A DNA stretch of 64,000 nt from an uncultured Methanomassiliicoccales archaeon (GCA_963695345.1 OY968769.1:1088001-1152000); one strand, 5' to 3'; positions 40,142 through 51,443 are shown, counted from the first letter of the stretch. The notes: generated by a model not told the origin, from the letters alone. Numbers and translations are program-made.

Positions 40142-40450
40142 ATGTCAGAGGCAAAGCGGTTGAACCTAGAACGGTGGTATGTGTCCAGGATCGTCAATGG
40201 ACTCAACAATGAGGAAAAGCGGTCGATGGTCAGGATGATCACCGGCGAGTTCATTTCAAGCATGAGCCCACAGGAAAGAAAGGACCTGGTGATGGTCGTC
40301 CTGCCAGATATCGTCGACCAGCTGATGTCCGGCATGACCTGTGAAGAACGAAAGGACCTTGTTAAAAGCGTAATGCCGCTGATGATCTCCCGATTGGGTG
40401 AAGGCAAGAAGACTGGACGCGACAAGACGGACGACAGGAACGATCATTAG
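40142..40450 (+). CDS. Small helical repeat hypothetical protein
   Basis: Three ~21-aa repeats (LNNEEKRSMV / MSPQERKDLV / MTCEERKDLV). Confidence 0.6.
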   Translation: MSEAKRLNLERWYVSRIVNGLNNEEKRSMVRMITGEFISSMSPQERKDLVMVVLPDIVDQLMSGMTCEERKDLVKSVMPLMISRLGEGKKTGRDKTDDRNDH

Positions 40451-40533
40451 GCGAACGGACAGAATCACGATGACGGGGTCGTAGCTCGGGGGCGGGTTGC
40501 CGGTTCCACGACCACTGCCCATCGGTCGTCCAG

Positions 40534-41988
40534 TCACCCTTGGAGCGGACTTGTCGAATGCGCTTCAGCAGCCTCGATCATCAATTTGATCTGCTGCTTG
40601 ATCTGGTTCTCCTCGGCCATGCCATCGGTGACGGTAATCGCCTTTTGGAGGAGTCCTTTCTCCACCCCGTGCTCATTTGCCTCGTGGGCCAGGTCTGCCA
40701 TCAGCAACAGTTCCTCTAGGAGGTCGGTGGCATTCCCCTTCCGGTTCAAGGCAATGGCCAATGAATCCTCGAATGCCTTGCGAGCATCCCGTTTCTTCCT
40801 CATGAGGGCATAGGAGGAGCCGAGATATGCGCAAACCACCGACTCCCTGGCCAAATCCCCCTTGGACCTTGCGGAATCGAGGGAACGAAGGAAAGCCTCC
40901 ACAGCCTTCCGTGGTTTTTCGTTAGCGAGGTAGAGAATGCCGAGGGTAAGCCCCATCTGGTCGGCGTGATCTGCGTCCATGGGCAGGTTCTTGATGCTTT
41001 CCTGGCAAAGCTCCAGTGCGAATTGGGACCTTCCGTCACGGACATAGGCTTCGATCGCCTTCAGCATCTTCTCCGGAGCCTGGACCCGGTCGTGATGATA
41101 GTCCCCCAGGAGAAGCACAGAACGGGCGGCATAGGCCGGGCCCAACTGTAATTTGTATTCCTGGTCCATGAGCTCGTGGCGGGAGGCGTGCTCCATTTCC
41201 CGGAACATCCGCAGCCCCATCGCCTGCATGAGAAGGAATTGAAGGGTCTCCGGGACCATTACCCGGTCCTGCATGGCAAAGAAGGCCCATGAGGTCGAGT
41301 CTCCCGGCAGCCCCATCTTTGAGGTCACCTCCAAGGCCTTCCTGTCCAGCAGATCCTGGAAATATGAAAGCGATTCCAAAGCGATAGGGTCCACCCCTCT
41401 CAACCGTTGACCGTGGTCTACCAATTCCTGCATCAAGGCGATGAACCCCTCTTCAGTGTCTACGTCCTTGGAAACGGCAGACCAGCGAACGCAGTTCAAC
41501 GCAGTATCCAGGTCATCCAGGTGCACGACGCCCGATTCGATGTCCTTTAGCTGGAGAGGACAGGTCTTCGGCTCACCGAACCTCACATCCCCTAGCATAA
41601 AGAATATCTCGGGATACGTCCCAATGAGCCTCTTCTTCACATCTGCATTGTAACTGTTGCCGGGGAATATCAGGTCGGCTATCACTTCTGCCGTCAGGGC
41701 TTCCAGGTCCTCCGTGTACCAGGGTTTTGCCTTCAGACGCCGGGTCACCTCTCTGAACAGACCCAGGTCTGACGACATGGAGACCATCATATCGTCTTCG
41801 GCGACGATGTCGACAAGGAACTCCCGACGTTTCAGTGCCGGAAGTTCAGCGAATCGCGGGGATGCGCACTGAACGAACTTCTCATGGAGGTCTCCCCAAT
41901 TCCTCATGAAATCAAAATACCGGGTGAACTCTTGAAATGGAAAACTGCTCTCCACATCCTCCATCGCGTTCACCTTCTTCGATCTCAT
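40534..41988 (-). CDS. Hypothetical protein with C-terminal TPR-like repeats
   Basis: LG.LY......A...F..SL and LG..Y.......A...F..SL helical pairs. Confidence 0.7.
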   Translation of the reverse strand: MRSKKVNAMEDVESSFPFQEFTRYFDFMRNWGDLHEKFVQCASPRFAELPALKRREFLVDIVAEDDMMVSMSSDLGLFREVTRRLKAKPWYTEDLEALTAEVIADLIFPGNSYNADVKKRLIGTYPEIFFMLGDVRFGEPKTCPLQLKDIESGVVHLDDLDTALNCVRWSAVSKDVDTEEGFIALMQELVDHGQRLRGVDPIALESLSYFQDLLDRKALEVTSKMGLPGDSTSWAFFAMQDRVMVPETLQFLLMQAMGLRMFREMEHASRHELMDQEYKLQLGPAYAARSVLLLGDYHHDRVQAPEKMLKAIEAYVRDGRSQFALELCQESIKNLPMDADHADQMGLTLGILYLANEKPRKAVEAFLRSLDSARSKGDLARESVVCAYLGSSYALMRKKRDARKAFEDSLAIALNRKGNATDLLEELLLMADLAHEANEHGVEKGLLQKAITVTDGMAEENQIKQQIKLMIEAAEAHSTSPLQG

Positions 41989-42098
41989 TCCACCGAAACA
42001 AGTGCATCTACTACGATTTATATTTGGAGTTTGGAGGTCGAATGTTGATAACGGAGGCGGGGAATGTTCTTTACCTCTCCATGCCCATTTACCGATTC

Positions 42099-42863
42099 AT
42101 GCGCCTGGTGTGTTGGAATGTGAACGGGATCAGGGCAGCTTGTCGGAAGGGACTGCTGGATTGGATAGGTAAGGATTCTCCGGATGTCCTTTGCCTGCAG
42201 GAGACGAGGGCTAGCTATGATCAGCTGTCGAAGGAACTGACCGACATCCCCGGTTACGAATCCTATTTCACATCGGCCAACGGGCGTTCTGGATACAGCG
42301 GCGTGGCGCTATATACCAGGGTACGCCCGGACAAGGTCGAATATGGCATCGGGATCGACCGATTCGACAATGAAGGACGAACGATGATAGTCCACTATCC
42401 TGATTTCGTCCTCTGCAATATCTACTTCCCCAATGGCAAGGCTTCCCCAGAAAGGCTCAGGTACAAGATGGACTACTACGAAGAGTTCCTCCGATACGTG
42501 AACGGTCTGAGGTCTGAAAGAAGGTCGGTGGTGATATGCGGAGATATAAACACCGCCCATAGGGAGATCGATATCGCCAGGCCGAAGGAGAATATGAAAC
42601 GATCCGGTTTCCTGCCCGAGGAGAGGGAATGGATGGACCGGCTTATGGCCAGCGGATTCGTGGATACCTTCAGGGAACAACATCCAGATGAGGTCAGATG
42701 GTCCTGGTGGGATCAAAAGACACGGGCGCGGGAACGCAATGTCGGATGGCGCATCGATTACTTTTTTGTCAGCGAGGACATTTTTCCCAGAGTGTCCAGC
42801 TCTTTCATCGAGGACGAAGTGACCGGTTCCGACCACTGCCCGGTGGGAATAGAGATCAAATGA
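42099..42863 (+). CDS. xth: Exodeoxyribonuclease III / AP endonuclease
   Basis: WNVNGIRA, LQET, GYSGVA, YFPNG, GDINTAH, GWRIDYF, SDHCPV. Confidence 0.95.
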   Translation: MRLVCWNVNGIRAACRKGLLDWIGKDSPDVLCLQETRASYDQLSKELTDIPGYESYFTSANGRSGYSGVALYTRVRPDKVEYGIGIDRFDNEGRTMIVHYPDFVLCNIYFPNGKASPERLRYKMDYYEEFLRYVNGLRSERRSVVICGDINTAHREIDIARPKENMKRSGFLPEEREWMDRLMASGFVDTFREQHPDEVRWSWWDQKTRARERNVGWRIDYFFVSEDIFPRVSSSFIEDEVTGSDHCPVGIEIK

Positions 42864-42997
42864 CCGGCCGGTGAGGAAACGATGACCGTTTCAATAAATG
42901 CCAGCGTTGCGGCTATGATCTTGTCCTCACTAAGTGTCCCGAATCCACGATGGAAGTCGCCATGACTTAATAGCGGAGGAAGAACTGTATTTGCCGA

Positions 42998-44188
42998 ATG
43001 GGTGTTCATTTGAATGGATCAAAACCAGTCGCCATTGTCGCCTGCGAGGGTTACGGCCGTGACCGGGTGCTTGAGGCGGTCAAACGCTCAATCGACCTTA
43101 TCGGCGGCATAGAACGTTTCGCTAGTCCAGGTCAGAAGATACTGCTAAAGCCGAATATCTTGACGCCTACCCCATCGGACAAATGCGTGGTAACGCATCC
43201 AGATGTGGTCTATGCTGTGGCAAAATTACTGGTCGACAATGGTTGCAAGGTCATGATCGCCGAGAGCCCGGGGGCAGGCACCGTCTATAGCGCAGCGAAC
43301 CTGAGGAAGGCATACGAGAAGGTAGGCTATGACCAGGTCGCTAGGGAATTGGGGATAGAGCTCAACGAGGACGTGAGAGCTCGTGATGTGGCAAATCCCG
43401 ATGGGGTTCTGATGAAGCGTTTGAGGCTCATCGAACCGGTGTTCAATGTCGATGCGGTGGTGGTCGTTTCCAAGATGAAGACACATCTTTTCACTTACAT
43501 GACGGGTGCTGCCAAGAACGCCTTCGGCCTGGTACCGGGCATGGAGAAGGCCACATTCCATGCCCGACTGCAGAGGAGCGAAGAGTTCGCCAGGATGATA
43601 GTGGACGTGAACGAATACGTCAAACCGACCCTTGAGATCATGGACGCTGTGGAGGCGATGGAAGGGGACGGCCCCCAGTCAGGGACCCCTAGGCACGTGG
43701 GTGCGATTCTCTCCAGCGGGTCATATTCCGCCCTCGATGTGGTGGCCACAAGAATAATGTCGATCGATCCGAATGAGATATGCACCATCAAGGAAGCGGT
43801 CGATCGGGGCTTGCTGGCCGAAGACCTTTCGGACGTGGAAATGGTCGGCGATGGGCTGGAAAAGTTCATTGTCAAGGACTTTCAGAGGCCTTCGACCTTC
43901 ATCGGCAAGAAAAAGAGCGAAAGCAGGACGGTGAAGGTGCTGATGACCCTGATCAAGGTCTATGCGCTTAGACCGAACATAGTACGCTCCATGTGCGTGG
44001 GTTGCGGGAAGTGCTATCGAGGCTGCCCCATGAAGGCAATCACCATGAAGAACGGCAAGGCGAAGGTCAACCAGCGCAAATGCATCCGCTGCTATTCGTG
44101 CCATGAGTTCTGTGATGGCCATGCTATCCGGCTGAGGCGGAGCGTGACCGGGAAGGCGATGGCCGCGGTCATGGAGAGGAAGAAGTGA
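42998..44188 (+). CDS. DUF362 protein with C-terminal 2x[4Fe-4S] ferredoxin domain
   Basis: LLKPN, THP, KMKTH, GA.KN.FG, MEG.GP; C-terminal CxxCxxCxxxCP and CxxCxxCxxxC. Confidence 0.88.
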   Translation: MGVHLNGSKPVAIVACEGYGRDRVLEAVKRSIDLIGGIERFASPGQKILLKPNILTPTPSDKCVVTHPDVVYAVAKLLVDNGCKVMIAESPGAGTVYSAANLRKAYEKVGYDQVARELGIELNEDVRARDVANPDGVLMKRLRLIEPVFNVDAVVVVSKMKTHLFTYMTGAAKNAFGLVPGMEKATFHARLQRSEEFARMIVDVNEYVKPTLEIMDAVEAMEGDGPQSGTPRHVGAILSSGSYSALDVVATRIMSIDPNEICTIKEAVDRGLLAEDLSDVEMVGDGLEKFIVKDFQRPSTFIGKKKSESRTVKVLMTLIKVYALRPNIVRSMCVGCGKCYRGCPMKAITMKNGKAKVNQRKCIRCYSCHEFCDGHAIRLRRSVTGKAMAAVMERKK

Positions 44189-44218
44189 AGACCGGCTATC
44201 CGATCGGGGAATGAACGC

Positions 44219-44830
44219 ATGAAAGGGTGTCATTTCCAGGATGTTCCGGGAAAGAAGAGCGTATGCCTCATGGCCGTTTGCCAACCGGGAGAACGCAGGC
44301 CGCACTTCCACACCTGCGATGAGCACCGTGAGGAAAGATGCCAGTACCGGGCATGGGATGTCGACGTGAGAATGCATGTGGTCAGGCAAAGGTCACAGCT
44401 CACGGATTCCTGCCCCGCGTGCAATCAAAGGCACGAGAACCTGGCGGACCGGTATGCATGCGTATGCCGCCACCGGATGGAGGAAGCATTCAGGAGCTCA
44501 CCGGCCTATCTTGAGGACGGAAGCATGGAGGACCTTTTCGAAGGCGCACCCTTGATGATCAGGGCGAACATGTGGAGGAAGCTCCGGACAGCCGTGGTGG
44601 AACGGGACCGGGGCGTCTGCCAGGATTGCGGAAGGGAGCTGGCACGCCTGCCCAAATGGTATACTGAGGTGCATCATATCGTCCCCCGGATAAGGGGCGG
44701 CGGCGACCACCCGGCGAACCTGAAAACGCTCTGCGTCGAATGCCACCGAAAATATACGGACAGCATGCTCATGTCCCGGATCAAGCGAAGCGATGAGGCG
44801 TACCAGGCGGCGCTCCTTTTCAAGAAGTAG
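44219..44830 (+). CDS. HNH endonuclease with Cys/His-rich N-terminal extension
   Basis: W..LR..V.ERD...CQDCG, EVHHIVP...GG.....NL.TLC..CH. Confidence 0.85.
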   Translation: MKGCHFQDVPGKKSVCLMAVCQPGERRPHFHTCDEHREERCQYRAWDVDVRMHVVRQRSQLTDSCPACNQRHENLADRYACVCRHRMEEAFRSSPAYLEDGSMEDLFEGAPLMIRANMWRKLRTAVVERDRGVCQDCGRELARLPKWYTEVHHIVPRIRGGGDHPANLKTLCVECHRKYTDSMLMSRIKRSDEAYQAALLFKK

Positions 44831-44853
44831 CCTGACGGGAACGACCAGGACCA

Positions 44854-46275
44854 TCAGGCCTTCTCATCGAACGCCTTCAGGCCGCTGCTCACAGCCTCGC
44901 GGGCCTTGGGATTGAAAAGATTGCTGAACACTATCTGGCGGGCAGTCCTGTTGTGGACCAGCAACGACAGCAGCTCAAAGACCCCGGCCTTGTTCTTCCA
45001 TGCGTTCAGATAGGCGTCGTAGCCTTGTTGCACCAAACCTTCCAGTTTGTCGCGGCCCTTATCCTTCTGGTATTCATAGACCCGGTGGTTGCGTTTCCAC
45101 TCATCCGGTCCGATGGATCCTTCCTTCTCCTTCTGTTGCCATAGCGGGGTGCCGACGAGATAGTCGAGTATGTTAATCTCGACCGCATGCGGCCTGAGCC
45201 GGGCGATCATTTCGATGGTCTTCCTTATGTCGTCCTCCGATTCCACCGGAGCTCCGAGTATGAACGATGTGACGACGATCATGTCCGCCTCCTTCGCGTT
45301 CTCCACGGCGGTCACTATCTGGGCCGGCCGGATCTTCTTGTTATAGTAGTCCAGCACGGTCTCTGAGGCGGATTCGGCGCCAAAATATATCACATCGAAC
45401 CCGGCCTTCTTCATCGCCTTCAGCATGCTGGGGGAAGCATTGTTGACCCGACCCTCGCAATAGAACCTCATCTTGATGCCCCTTTCCCGGATCATGTTGC
45501 ATATCTTGACCACCCGGTCCTCGCGTTGAGTGAAATTGTCGTCCACCAGGACAACATTGCGATAGCCTTCATCATACAGCAGTTGCATCTCATCGACGAC
45601 GTTCTCCGCACTGCGATAGCGCCATTTTCTCAGCGAGAACGCAGCGCATGAACAGTAGGAGCAATTGAAAGGACAGCCTCTGGACGTGGACATTGTGGTG
45701 AATTTCCCGAAGGTCAGGGGAATGCCCCTCATGGCGTATCCGTATTCTACCCCGGAGAGCATTTTCCGGTCCGGCATCGGCAGAGCGTCCAGATCCTCGA
45801 TTATGGCAATGTCGTTAGAAACATGTACGCCATCGTCCAAGTAGCTGATGCCGGCCACCTTGTCCGGTCCCCTGCCAGACTCGATGCACTCCAGCAGATC
45901 GATGATCGCTTCCTCCGCCTCCCCCTTTATGATATAATCGATGAATTGGTATCCGCGAAGTATCTGCTCCGCGGTGAATGTGGCATGATATCCCCCCAGA
46001 ATTATCGTGGTGTCCGGGAGCCGCTCCGATACCTTTCGGATGGTCTCGATCGCCTGTAGAAAGGTATGGGTCGAACAGTTCATCCCGAACACGTCCGGAC
46101 TTTCCTTCACCGCGAGTTCCACCAGCTGATCGCCGTCCAGGTTCAGGCAGAACGCGTCCACGACCTTGACTTCGTCATTACGGTGCTTCCTTAGATTGGC
46201 CGCGATGTAGAGAAGACCGAGGGGGGGCCAAAGCTCATCGGTCTTCCATGGCGGAGTGGTCAGCATTATCTTCAT
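44854..46275 (-). CDS. Cobalamin-binding radical SAM protein
   Basis: PPLGLLYIA, GGYHAT, GEAE, SRGCPFNCSYC (CxxxCxxC), DDNF, GAES. Confidence 0.92.
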   Translation of the reverse strand: MKIMLTTPPWKTDELWPPLGLLYIAANLRKHRNDEVKVVDAFCLNLDGDQLVELAVKESPDVFGMNCSTHTFLQAIETIRKVSERLPDTTIILGGYHATFTAEQILRGYQFIDYIIKGEAEEAIIDLLECIESGRGPDKVAGISYLDDGVHVSNDIAIIEDLDALPMPDRKMLSGVEYGYAMRGIPLTFGKFTTMSTSRGCPFNCSYCSCAAFSLRKWRYRSAENVVDEMQLLYDEGYRNVVLVDDNFTQREDRVVKICNMIRERGIKMRFYCEGRVNNASPSMLKAMKKAGFDVIYFGAESASETVLDYYNKKIRPAQIVTAVENAKEADMIVVTSFILGAPVESEDDIRKTIEMIARLRPHAVEINILDYLVGTPLWQQKEKEGSIGPDEWKRNHRVYEYQKDKGRDKLEGLVQQGYDAYLNAWKNKAGVFELLSLLVHNRTARQIVFSNLFNPKAREAVSSGLKAFDEKA

Positions 46276-46407
46276 GTCGTTTCAGACCCGATTTGACGAG
46301 CAAATCGGTTGATAATAGTGGACTGTCCCAAGCTTAATCATTTTGCCTCCTTGACCCCTCCTAGCGGACCTGAATAGATTAATAACGGCCTAAGTCGGAA
46401 TACCGGT

Positions 46408-46851
46408 ATGCAGGGTCGGGAGTTCGAGGTCCGGAAGGCCAGGATGGAGGACTATTGTGGCATAATAGCGCTCTGGACCCGCTCTGGACTAAGTTACCGG
46501 CCAGCGGGAAGGGACTCCCGGGAGAATCTTGAACGGGAGATGGAGGACCCGGAGGTGGACATCCTGGTAGCCTTGGACGGAGACCGCATCATCGGTTCGG
46601 TCATCGGCACCAATGATGGCCGCAAGGGATGGGTTAACCGACTGGCGGTTGATCCCGATCACCGGAGCAGAGGAGTTGCCAAGGAACTTGTGGAGAGGGT
46701 CGAGGAGTGTTTCAGGTCCCGCCATCTCAATGTCTTTTGCTGTCTGATAAACGCCGAGAACGAGCCGTCCCAATCGTTGTTCGAGAGGATCGGATATGAC
46801 CGACACGGGGAAGTGGTGTATTTTTCGAAGAAGAACGATCCTGACGTCTGA
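46408..46851 (+). CDS. GNAT N-acetyltransferase (YpeA-like)
   Basis: DGRKGW.NRLAVDP..R.RGVA..L, N......F..IGY. Confidence 0.88.
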   Translation: MQGREFEVRKARMEDYCGIIALWTRSGLSYRPAGRDSRENLEREMEDPEVDILVALDGDRIIGSVIGTNDGRKGWVNRLAVDPDHRSRGVAKELVERVEECFRSRHLNVFCCLINAENEPSQSLFERIGYDRHGEVVYFSKKNDPDV

Positions 46852-46919
46852 CCTGAGTATTATCAAGTACTGGAAAACCAGGGAACAATATATCTCTAAA
46901 AAAGGCAAATCACTTCCGG

Positions 46920-49666
46920 ATGTCCGACCCCCAGGAATCATCCATCAGAGTCCTGGTTGTTGACGATGAGTCAACCCTCCTAGAGATAGCCAGGGATTTC
47001 TTGGAACAGGTACCGGGGCTATCCGTCGATGTGGAACTATCCCCGCATAGGGCACTTCAGATGCTTTCCTCGGCCAGATACGACGCGGTGGTTTCCGACT
47101 ATCAGATGCCGGGCCTTGATGGCATCCAATTCCTGAAGCTCATCCGTTCCCAGGGAAGCGATATACCATTCATTCTCCTCACCGGCAAAGGCAGGGAGGA
47201 GGTGGCCATGGACGCCCTTAACAACGGAGCGGACTATTACCTCCAGAAGGGGGTCCAGGTCCGGCCTCTGTTCGCCGAGCTGGTCAATATGATACAGCGC
47301 AGCGTCGAGCACAAGAGGAACGGAAGGGCCATCAAGGAGAGCGAGATAAAATATCGCAGACTGTTCAACAGCAACCGGGACGCAATATTGGTATGGAGGC
47401 TGGATGAGGAGGGCCGCTTGGTCGATGTGAATGAGAACGCCTGTTCGCTGCTCGATTATTCCCGCAATGAACTGCTCGGCATGGACCGGTCCGATCTCCT
47501 TGCACCCGAGTATGCTGGTGCGGAATATGCGATTAAGGACCTGCTTGCCACCGGGGCCGAGGCGACGGTAGAGGTGACGTTCATCTCCCGGACCGGGGAA
47601 AGGATCCCCAGCCTGGTGACGACCAACGCCATTGAGATCCAGAGAGTAGGACATGCCATATCCATCATCCGTGACCAGCGTGACAAGCATCGTTCTGACA
47701 AGGAGGCGAAGGAACGGGAGGCGAGATTCCGAGCGATCTTCGAGAACTCCGCCACCGGAATCGCCCTGGAAGACTCAGAAAGAGTTATCCTGGAATGCAA
47801 TCCAGCATTGTCGAGGACATTCCACAGGAAGTGCGAGGACCTTCGCGGGACAAAAGGGTATGAGCTCATGGACCCGGATTGGGTCAAGGCCGATAAGACC
47901 GAGTTCGATCGGCTGATGAGGGGTGAGATCGACCAGTATGCGAGAGAGAACCTGTATAGGAACGTGGATGGCTCTCTCATCTGGGCGAACGTTCATTTCT
48001 CACGGATTCTGGACAACGGCAGGACCTTGGCACTGGCCATGGTCGAGGATGTAACCAAGAGAAAGAAGGCGGAGAATATCCAGACATCTCTCTACCAGAT
48101 ATCGCAGGCGACCGTCTCGTCGCCCAACCTGGATGTGCTCTACGGACGGATACATGAGATACTTGTCCGGACTGATGCCGGCCGAGAACTTCTTCATCGG
48201 GTTGTTGGTCGATGACAACGAATCGATGACCTTCCCCTACTTCGTGGACCAGAAGGACCCCAATCCAGGCCTGGTATGCCGAGGCAGGACCACATCCAAC
48301 TACGTTATCAGGACCGGTAAACCCCTGTTCATGGACAAGGACCGGTGGGCCAAACTGATCGCCGAAGGGGAGATCGTTCCCTCCGGGACCCTGCCCATCC
48401 ATTGGATGGGCGCACCCTTGAACGTCGGAGGGAAAGCCATCGGTGTGATGGTTATCCAAAGCTATTCCGGCACGGTGACATACAGTCAGTTGGACCTTGA
48501 ACTCCTAATGTTCGTCTCCGACCATGTGGCCTTGGCTATCGATCTCAAGAGATCGGAGGAGGCGCTCAAGGAAAGCGAACGCAAGCTCTCCACATTGATG
48601 GGGAACCTGCCCGGGATGGCATATCGTTGCCGCAATGACCCGGAATGGACCATGGATTTCATCTCCGAAGGTTGCCGCGGTCTCACTGGCTATTCACCAA
48701 ATGATATCATCGGTAACACTCTTCTCAGCTATAAGGACCTGATACACCCGGATGACCGACGGCTCGTCGAGGAGGAAGTTAACAAGGGCATCGAAGGGCG
48801 ATGCCAGTTCCATGTGGAGTACCGCATGATGGCCAAGGACGGGACGGTACGATGGCTATGGGAACAGGGGTGCCCGGTGTACGATGAAACGGGGACGTTC
48901 GTCGGTCTGGAAGGATTCATCACGGACGTGTCCATGCGAAAGAAGGCTCAGGACAACGTTGGGCTGGCGAACCGTAAGCTAACCCTCCTCAGCGATCTGA
49001 CCAGACATGACGTGATCAACCGGGTCACCATGCTGTCGGGGTATCTGGAGCTCATCGAGAAGAACGTCAAGGAAGATAAGGTGCGCCGGTACGCCGAGAA
49101 GGCCATCCTGGCCGCCCGCTCCATAGGGGAACAGATGGAGTTCATACGCGAATACCAGGGGGTCGGGCATCGGAGAACCGGAATGGTTCGACCTGCTATT
49201 GTTGGCAGACCGGGCGATCTCGAAGACCGATCTCGGCGCCATCGCCATCAACAATGAGCTCGGCGGACTGTCGATCTACGCCGATCCAATGATCGAGAAA
49301 GTGTTTTGCAACCTCTTGGAGAACTCGGTCAAGCACGGTGTTAAGGCATCGCAAATCGGCATCAGCTACCTCAAGGGCAGCGACTCGGTCGAGATCTACT
49401 ACAAGGATGATGGAGACGGGATTCCATCGGATACGAAGGCTCAGTTGTTCAGCAGGAGCTACAAGCAGAGGTTGGGCCACGGGATGAACTTCATTCAGGA
49501 GGTGCTCCGGATAACCGGGATGGAGATCGACGAGATCGGCCTCCCCGGAAACGGCGTCCTGTTCCGCATCAAGGTTCCGACTGGCTGTTACCGAATCAAG
49601 GGCGAGCTAAGTAAAAGCTATATGAGAGGCACCACAGTTATGAACCAAGAGAGGGCGGATAAATAA
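46920..49666 (+). CDS. Hybrid sensor kinase (REC-PAS-PAS-GAF-PAS-HisKA-HATPase) split by two apparent +1 frameshifts
   Basis: ORF 46920-48215 has REC (VVDD, SDYQMP) and PAS; 48133-49257 has GAF, PAS and the RHD..N H-box; 49199-49666 has N..KHG and DDG.GI. One extra base each near 48165 and 49167 breaks the frame. Confidence 0.8.
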
Positions 49667-50055
49667 TGTACGTCATACTGGCCATCGATGCACAATCGTT
49701 CTCCAGCAAGGCGGCGAGGTATTCCATAGACTACGCCAAGGCCATGGGGTTGGACCTCCTGATAATGTCGGTACTGAGCAGGAAGGACATGGAAGAGAAC
49801 CCTCGCCTGGTCAAGTATACCATGATCGTCATGTCCCGGATAAAGACGGAAGCGGGGGACGAAGGAGTGGAAGCGAAGACCGTGCTGGAGAAGGGTCTGC
49901 CTGTGGAGGTCATACTCATCGAGGCGGACCGGATCGGGGCGAAGGCGATCATCCTGGGCCCAACCCAAAAATCCGGACTGGACAAGTTCATGATCGGCAG
50001 CGTCTCCGAGGGTTTGATCAAGGCCGCCAAATGCCCGGTAATAATCGTGAAATGA
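49666..50055 (+). CDS. Universal stress protein
   Basis: ILAIDA, G.P...I, IGSVSE, CPVIIVK. The ATG overlaps the kinase stop. Confidence 0.88.
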   Translation: MYVILAIDAQSFSSKAARYSIDYAKAMGLDLLIMSVLSRKDMEENPRLVKYTMIVMSRIKTEAGDEGVEAKTVLEKGLPVEVILIEADRIGAKAIILGPTQKSGLDKFMIGSVSEGLIKAAKCPVIIVK

Positions 50056-50189
50056 CCATAGGGCGCCGGTGAAAGGGGTTTTCAGAGCATCAGCCGTTGC
50101 GGGCCATTTGGGCATGTAATCATTTGAGCCATCGATCAAACGCGATTGAAAAGGTATATCGGAGGGCACGCCAATCGTACCCTAGGAAG

Positions 50190-50588
50190 GTGGGCTTCAC
50201 GAACATTCTATTGGCAACGGACGGGAAGGAACACTCGGCCAAGGCCGTAAGGTACGCATTCGACCATGCGAAGGACCACAAAGCCACACTTTTCGTGGTG
50301 TTCGTGGTCAGCCCCAAGGCGGATGAGGACAAGGAACGCGTCATCCGGCAGGGATTGGACGAACTGGACCGCCTGAAGGAAATGGCGACCAAGGAAGGAA
50401 TCGAGATCAAGACCCTTCTCGAGGCCGGTTCCCCCTACGACACGATCCTGAAGGCTTCGGACCGCGTCAACGCCAATGAGATCGTGGTCGGGACATCGGG
50501 AAAGACGGTTATCGACCGGGTGCTGATCGGCAGCGTCTCCGAGTACGTGGTCCGAAATGCCAGATGCACCGTCATCGTGGTCAGGTAG
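50190..50588 (+). CDS. Universal stress protein
   Basis: ILLATDG, IVVGTSG, LIGSVSEYVVRNA.CTV. GTG start 50190. Confidence 0.9.
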   Translation: MGFTNILLATDGKEHSAKAVRYAFDHAKDHKATLFVVFVVSPKADEDKERVIRQGLDELDRLKEMATKEGIEIKTLLEAGSPYDTILKASDRVNANEIVVGTSGKTVIDRVLIGSVSEYVVRNARCTVIVVR

Positions 50589-50599
50589 GTCTAGAAGAA

Positions 50600-51095
50600 T
50601 CATGACCTGGCTTCTGGGACTGGCACGTCAGCCTTGATCATCTTCGATTCCATGATGTCCAGGGCCACCATGATCCCCTGGATTATGGCCTGTGGCCGGG
50701 GAGGGCATCCGGGAATGAAGACGTCGACCGGGACGACTGAGCTGACCCCGTTCGAGCAGGCATAGGTATCCGCGAACAGCCCTCCGCTGATGGCGCATAC
50801 CCCCATGGCCACCACGATCTTCGGCGTGGGCGTGGCGTTGTAGGTCTGGAGAAGCGCGTGCTCCATGTTCCGAGTGACCGGACCGGTGACCAGGAGCATG
50901 TCGGCGAAACGTGGCGAGGCCACGATGTGAATGCCGAATCGCTCGATGTCGTAGATGGCGTTGGTCGAGGGCGTTCACCTCCACCTCGCAGGCGTTGCAG
51001 GAGCCGGCGTCCACCTCACGGATGGAGAGCGAACGGCCCAGCACCTTCTTTATCCTCTTGTCCAATTGCCGCCCCAGGACCTCGATCTCCGTCAC
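50600..51095 (-). CDS. hyfI: Hyf/Ehr small subunit (NuoB-like), one frameshift
   Basis: GSCNACE, ASPR.AD.LLVTG, G.CA.SGG, PGCPP.P, split across ORFs 50628-51095 and 50600-50923. Confidence 0.85.
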
Positions 51096-51433
51096 TGCGT
51101 TCTTCGGTCAATCCGGTACACCACCTTCAGGTTCTCAGCTGTCCTTGGCGGCCAGCTCGAACTTCTTTGACATTCCTGATCGCCTGTTCCGGACAATGCC
51201 TGGCGCATTCCCCGCAGAAGATGCATTTGCCCATGTCGATGGTGATCGTGCTGTAGCCTTCATCTATCGCCCCGGTAGGGCAGACCTCCACACAGGTCTT
51301 GTCCATCCGGCACAGGTGTACGTCGACCTCGGGCATCCCCATATGCCCGTCATATGGTTCGATACGGCCTGTCAGGGTAGTCGCTCGTCACCACCCCCTT
51401 CTTCATGACTCCCTTGGTGTACCATCTGAACAT
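51092..51433 (-). CDS. Hyf/Ehr ferredoxin-like subunit (NuoI/HyfH-like), frameshifted
   Basis: Starts MFRWYTKG...VTSDYP at 51433; C..VCPTGAI and CIFCGECARHCP motifs. Confidence 0.75.
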
Positions 51434-51443
51434 TACTTTCACC

